The notes under the pieces: model-generated | The model's input: only the letters and a program-made list of their open reading frames with translations | What the model was told of the DNA's origin: nothing | The model's database searches: none | Position numbers and translations under genes: made by a program | Source of the DNA: Candidatus Thorarchaeota archaeon | GTDB lineage: Archaea > Asgardarchaeota > Thorarchaeia > Thorarchaeales > Thorarchaeaceae | Direction of reading: 5' to 3' | DNA length: 29,411 nt | Assembly (NCBI GenBank): GCA_016840855.1 | Contig: JAEORO010000093.1 | Coordinates: 1 to 29,411, forward strand | Part shown: in pieces, positions 27,349 through 29,411 of the stretch | How positions within the stretch are numbered: position 1 is the first letter of the stretch | Layout: every line of letters begins with the position of its first letter

Positions 27349-28419
27349 ATGGGCACGAAACTCGGCGATATAGTTGATGCAACACCCATTTCCTTGACTG
27401 ATTTGTCTGGGAAGAAAATAGCCATTGATGCCTTTAACACAATCTATGCATTTCTATCAAGCATTAGACAACCAGATGGTACTCCATTGACTGACAGGCA
27501 GGGACGAGTGACTAGTCATTTGAGTGGGCTCTTCTATCGCAATATAAACCTACTAGAGAATGGAATTCAACCAGTCTATGTATTTGATGGTGAAGCTCCG
27601 AAATTAAAAGCCCAAGAAGTTCAGAAGCGAAGAGAGATACGTGAAGCCGCTTTTATAGAATGGAAGACAGCTCAAGCAGAAGGAAGGATTGAGGATGCTC
27701 TAAAAGCTGCAAAAGGAAGCTCGAAATTAACTACGCCAATGATTGAAGAGAGTAAGAACCTACTCACAGCATTGGGAATCCCTGTCGTCCAAGCACCTTC
27801 AGAAGGTGAAGCTCTAGCAGCGCAGATGGCTCGTGATGGACTGGTGTGGGCTAGTGCAAGTCAGGACAATGACTCGCTTCTCTATAATTGTCCCCTAATG
27901 ATTAGGAATCTGTCTCTGTCTGGAAGACGGAGGGGTGGGCGTTCCTCAACACCTAAGATGATTTCCCCCGAGCTGATAGATCTCGATAAAAATCTCCGTC
28001 TTCTAGGTATCACTCGAGAACAGCTAATCGATATTGCCATTCTGGTCGGTACTGACTACAACGATAGTTTGACTGGAATTGGTCAGAAGACCGCATTGAA
28101 GCTTATTAAGAAGCATGGAGCTCTAGAGGAAATCAAATCGGTTTTTAAGAAATCCAAGAATCCTAAAGACAAGGACAAGTTCGAAGAGCTTCAAAAGATT
28201 CCATATGATGAGATTCGAGATATTTTTCTCAATCCTCCACATGTTGAGATTTCAACACCAAAGTGGTCAAATCCTAAATCTGATGAGCTGCAGAAGATAT
28301 TATGTACTGAACATGATTTCAGTGAGCCACGAGTACAAAAGTCGCTTGAAAGACTTGCAAGTGCGCTTGAAGAACTTCGTGGGGCGACTCATCAGAGTAC
28401 GCTTTCGGACTTCTTCTGA
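27349..28419 (+). CDS. fen: Flap endonuclease 1
   Basis: IAIDAFN, IRQPDGTPL, TSHLSGLFYR, VFDG, APSEGEA, SQDND, GTDYN, C-terminal PIP box QSTLSDFF. Confidence 0.96.
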   Translation: MGTKLGDIVDATPISLTDLSGKKIAIDAFNTIYAFLSSIRQPDGTPLTDRQGRVTSHLSGLFYRNINLLENGIQPVYVFDGEAPKLKAQEVQKRREIREAAFIEWKTAQAEGRIEDALKAAKGSSKLTTPMIEESKNLLTALGIPVVQAPSEGEALAAQMARDGLVWASASQDNDSLLYNCPLMIRNLSLSGRRRGGRSSTPKMISPELIDLDKNLRLLGITREQLIDIAILVGTDYNDSLTGIGQKTALKLIKKHGALEEIKSVFKKSKNPKDKDKFEELQKIPYDEIRDIFLNPPHVEISTPKWSNPKSDELQKILCTEHDFSEPRVQKSLERLASALEELRGATHQSTLSDFF

Positions 28420-28472
28420 CTTCCGTGACTGATATATAGTGACTCGACAAAACTGTAAGAGGAGAATGGCGG

Positions 28473-29168
28473 ATGGCTCAAATGAGAGAGAGAATGACAG
28501 CAGTCAGAGCATCTATCTCTGACATAACCAGTGGAACCTTTTCAAGTGACAGTGGCCCTTATGTTATTTCTCCATTCGGGGTTGAACTGAGACGCGTCGC
28601 TATTGTAGGGTTTGTAGTTAACAAGTTCTACAGAGAGGGTGATGACACAGGAAAGAAACGGTTCGAGAGCATCACTGTAGATGATGGGACAGATACCATA
28701 GGAGTGAAGGTATGGGGAGAGGATGATGCCGCAGTGCTTGAGGGAATGAAGGAGAATATTCTAGCACTTGTGGTAGGGCGGATTCGTGAGTACAACAATG
28801 AAGTCTACATCATGCCTGAGATAGTTAGGGAATTATCGGATCCAAACTACATGAGTTTGCACCTTTTGGAGCGTTACAGAGCCATTCTTGATCGCAGCGG
28901 GATATCACAAGCAGATACACTAGAGCAGCAGCAAGAACTACTAACTACAAAATCCAGTACAGCTGTTTCTGGGAAGCTCGCAAATGACATCATTGCATAT
29001 GTTCGACTAGAGGCTCCTCCCGAAGGTATACCACTGAAAGATATTGTTGCATACTTTGAGAAGAAAGGGCAAGACTCTGAAAAGGTACAGACAAAGGTGT
29101 TCAATCTTGTCGCAGAAGGAGCTCTGAATGAAGTGAGCATTGGCCAATTCCGCACTTCTGATATTTGA
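28473..29168 (+). CDS. RPA2/RPA32-like OB-fold ssDNA-binding protein with C-terminal winged helix
   Basis: RVAIVGFVV, ITVDDGTDTIGVKVW, VVGRIREY, linker, then wH-like IIAYV...IPLKDI...LVAEGAL. Confidence 0.8.
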   Translation: MAQMRERMTAVRASISDITSGTFSSDSGPYVISPFGVELRRVAIVGFVVNKFYREGDDTGKKRFESITVDDGTDTIGVKVWGEDDAAVLEGMKENILALVVGRIREYNNEVYIMPEIVRELSDPNYMSLHLLERYRAILDRSGISQADTLEQQQELLTTKSSTAVSGKLANDIIAYVRLEAPPEGIPLKDIVAYFEKKGQDSEKVQTKVFNLVAEGALNEVSIGQFRTSDI

Positions 29169-29238
29169 CGGATGATCGTTCCATCAGACATATCTGTCGA
29201 AGCAATACCTTCAATAACGAACAGGAGAGAGATTAAAT

Positions 29239-29411
29239 ATGGACGACTATGATAAGCTTCTGGATAGGGCACGGTCACAGGTGCCAGAAGATGCCTTCAA
29301 GAGATCAGGAGAACGATTCCAAGTCCCCAATGTTGAGTTGATGGTTCAAGGTAACAGAAGTATCTGGCAAAACTTTCAGGAAATCATTAATGTTCTGAAT
29401 CGACCTGGAAA
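29239..29411 (+). CDS. eif2b: Translation initiation factor 2 subunit beta (5' part, runs off the window)
   Basis: Manual translation: MDDYDKLLDRARSQVPEDAFKRSGERFQVPNVELMVQGNRSIWQNFQEIINVLNRPG, matching the aIF-2beta Y..LL.RA and ERF..P..GN motifs. AGGAG upstream. Confidence 0.9.
   Translation, partial: MDDYDKLLDRARSQVPEDAFKRSGERFQVPNVELMVQGNRSIWQNFQEIINVLNRPG

Noticed and set aside
268-29278. Many antisense or nested ORFs in the six-frame track (e.g. 2626-3063 +, 4483-4929 -, 7412-7855 -, 15577-15987 +, 20845-21324 -, 24796-25248 +, 28874-29278 -)
   Set aside because: They overlap well-supported genes, have Ser-rich shadow composition and show no recognisable motifs.
1-29411. tRNA, rRNA, SRP RNA, CRISPR arrays, transposases, integrases, inteins
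   Set aside because: None seen: intergenic gaps are short, there is no T-loop/cloverleaf or spaced repeat, and AtpA, Hef and Cdc48 have normal lengths.

Overview
An archaeal chromosomal segment of about 30 tightly packed, mostly housekeeping genes. Gene content and protein style suggest Asgard archaea, possibly Thorarchaeia; this is an inference with no database search. Translation and RNA genes: uL16, TrmJ, a DRG-type GTPase, a truncated TrmY-like protein, SRP54, EF-1beta, a Zn-ribbon protein missed by the ORF track, and a partial aIF-2beta. Energy and metabolism: a fragmented A/V-type ATP synthase cluster (F, A, B) interrupted by a family-4 UDG and a duplicated pilin-like membrane protein, plus PyrI, GlmU, a radical SAM protein, DeoC, tungsten AOR and RibL. 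DNA repair and proteostasis: Hef, FEN1, an RPA2-like protein and Cdc48. I found no rRNA, tRNA, CRISPR array or mobile element. The best leads are (i) DeoC with an extra C-terminal CxxC...CxxC domain, coupled to an aldehyde:ferredoxin oxidoreductase, (ii) a Zn-ribbon/PUA/PAPS-reductase-like/ferredoxin protein that may be an RNA sulfur-modification enzyme, (iii) a tandem VirB2/CedA1-like membrane protein and an atypical UDG inserted between atpA and atpB, and (iv) a p97-like Gly-rich D2 loop in Cdc48. All family assignments come from motif recognition by eye.
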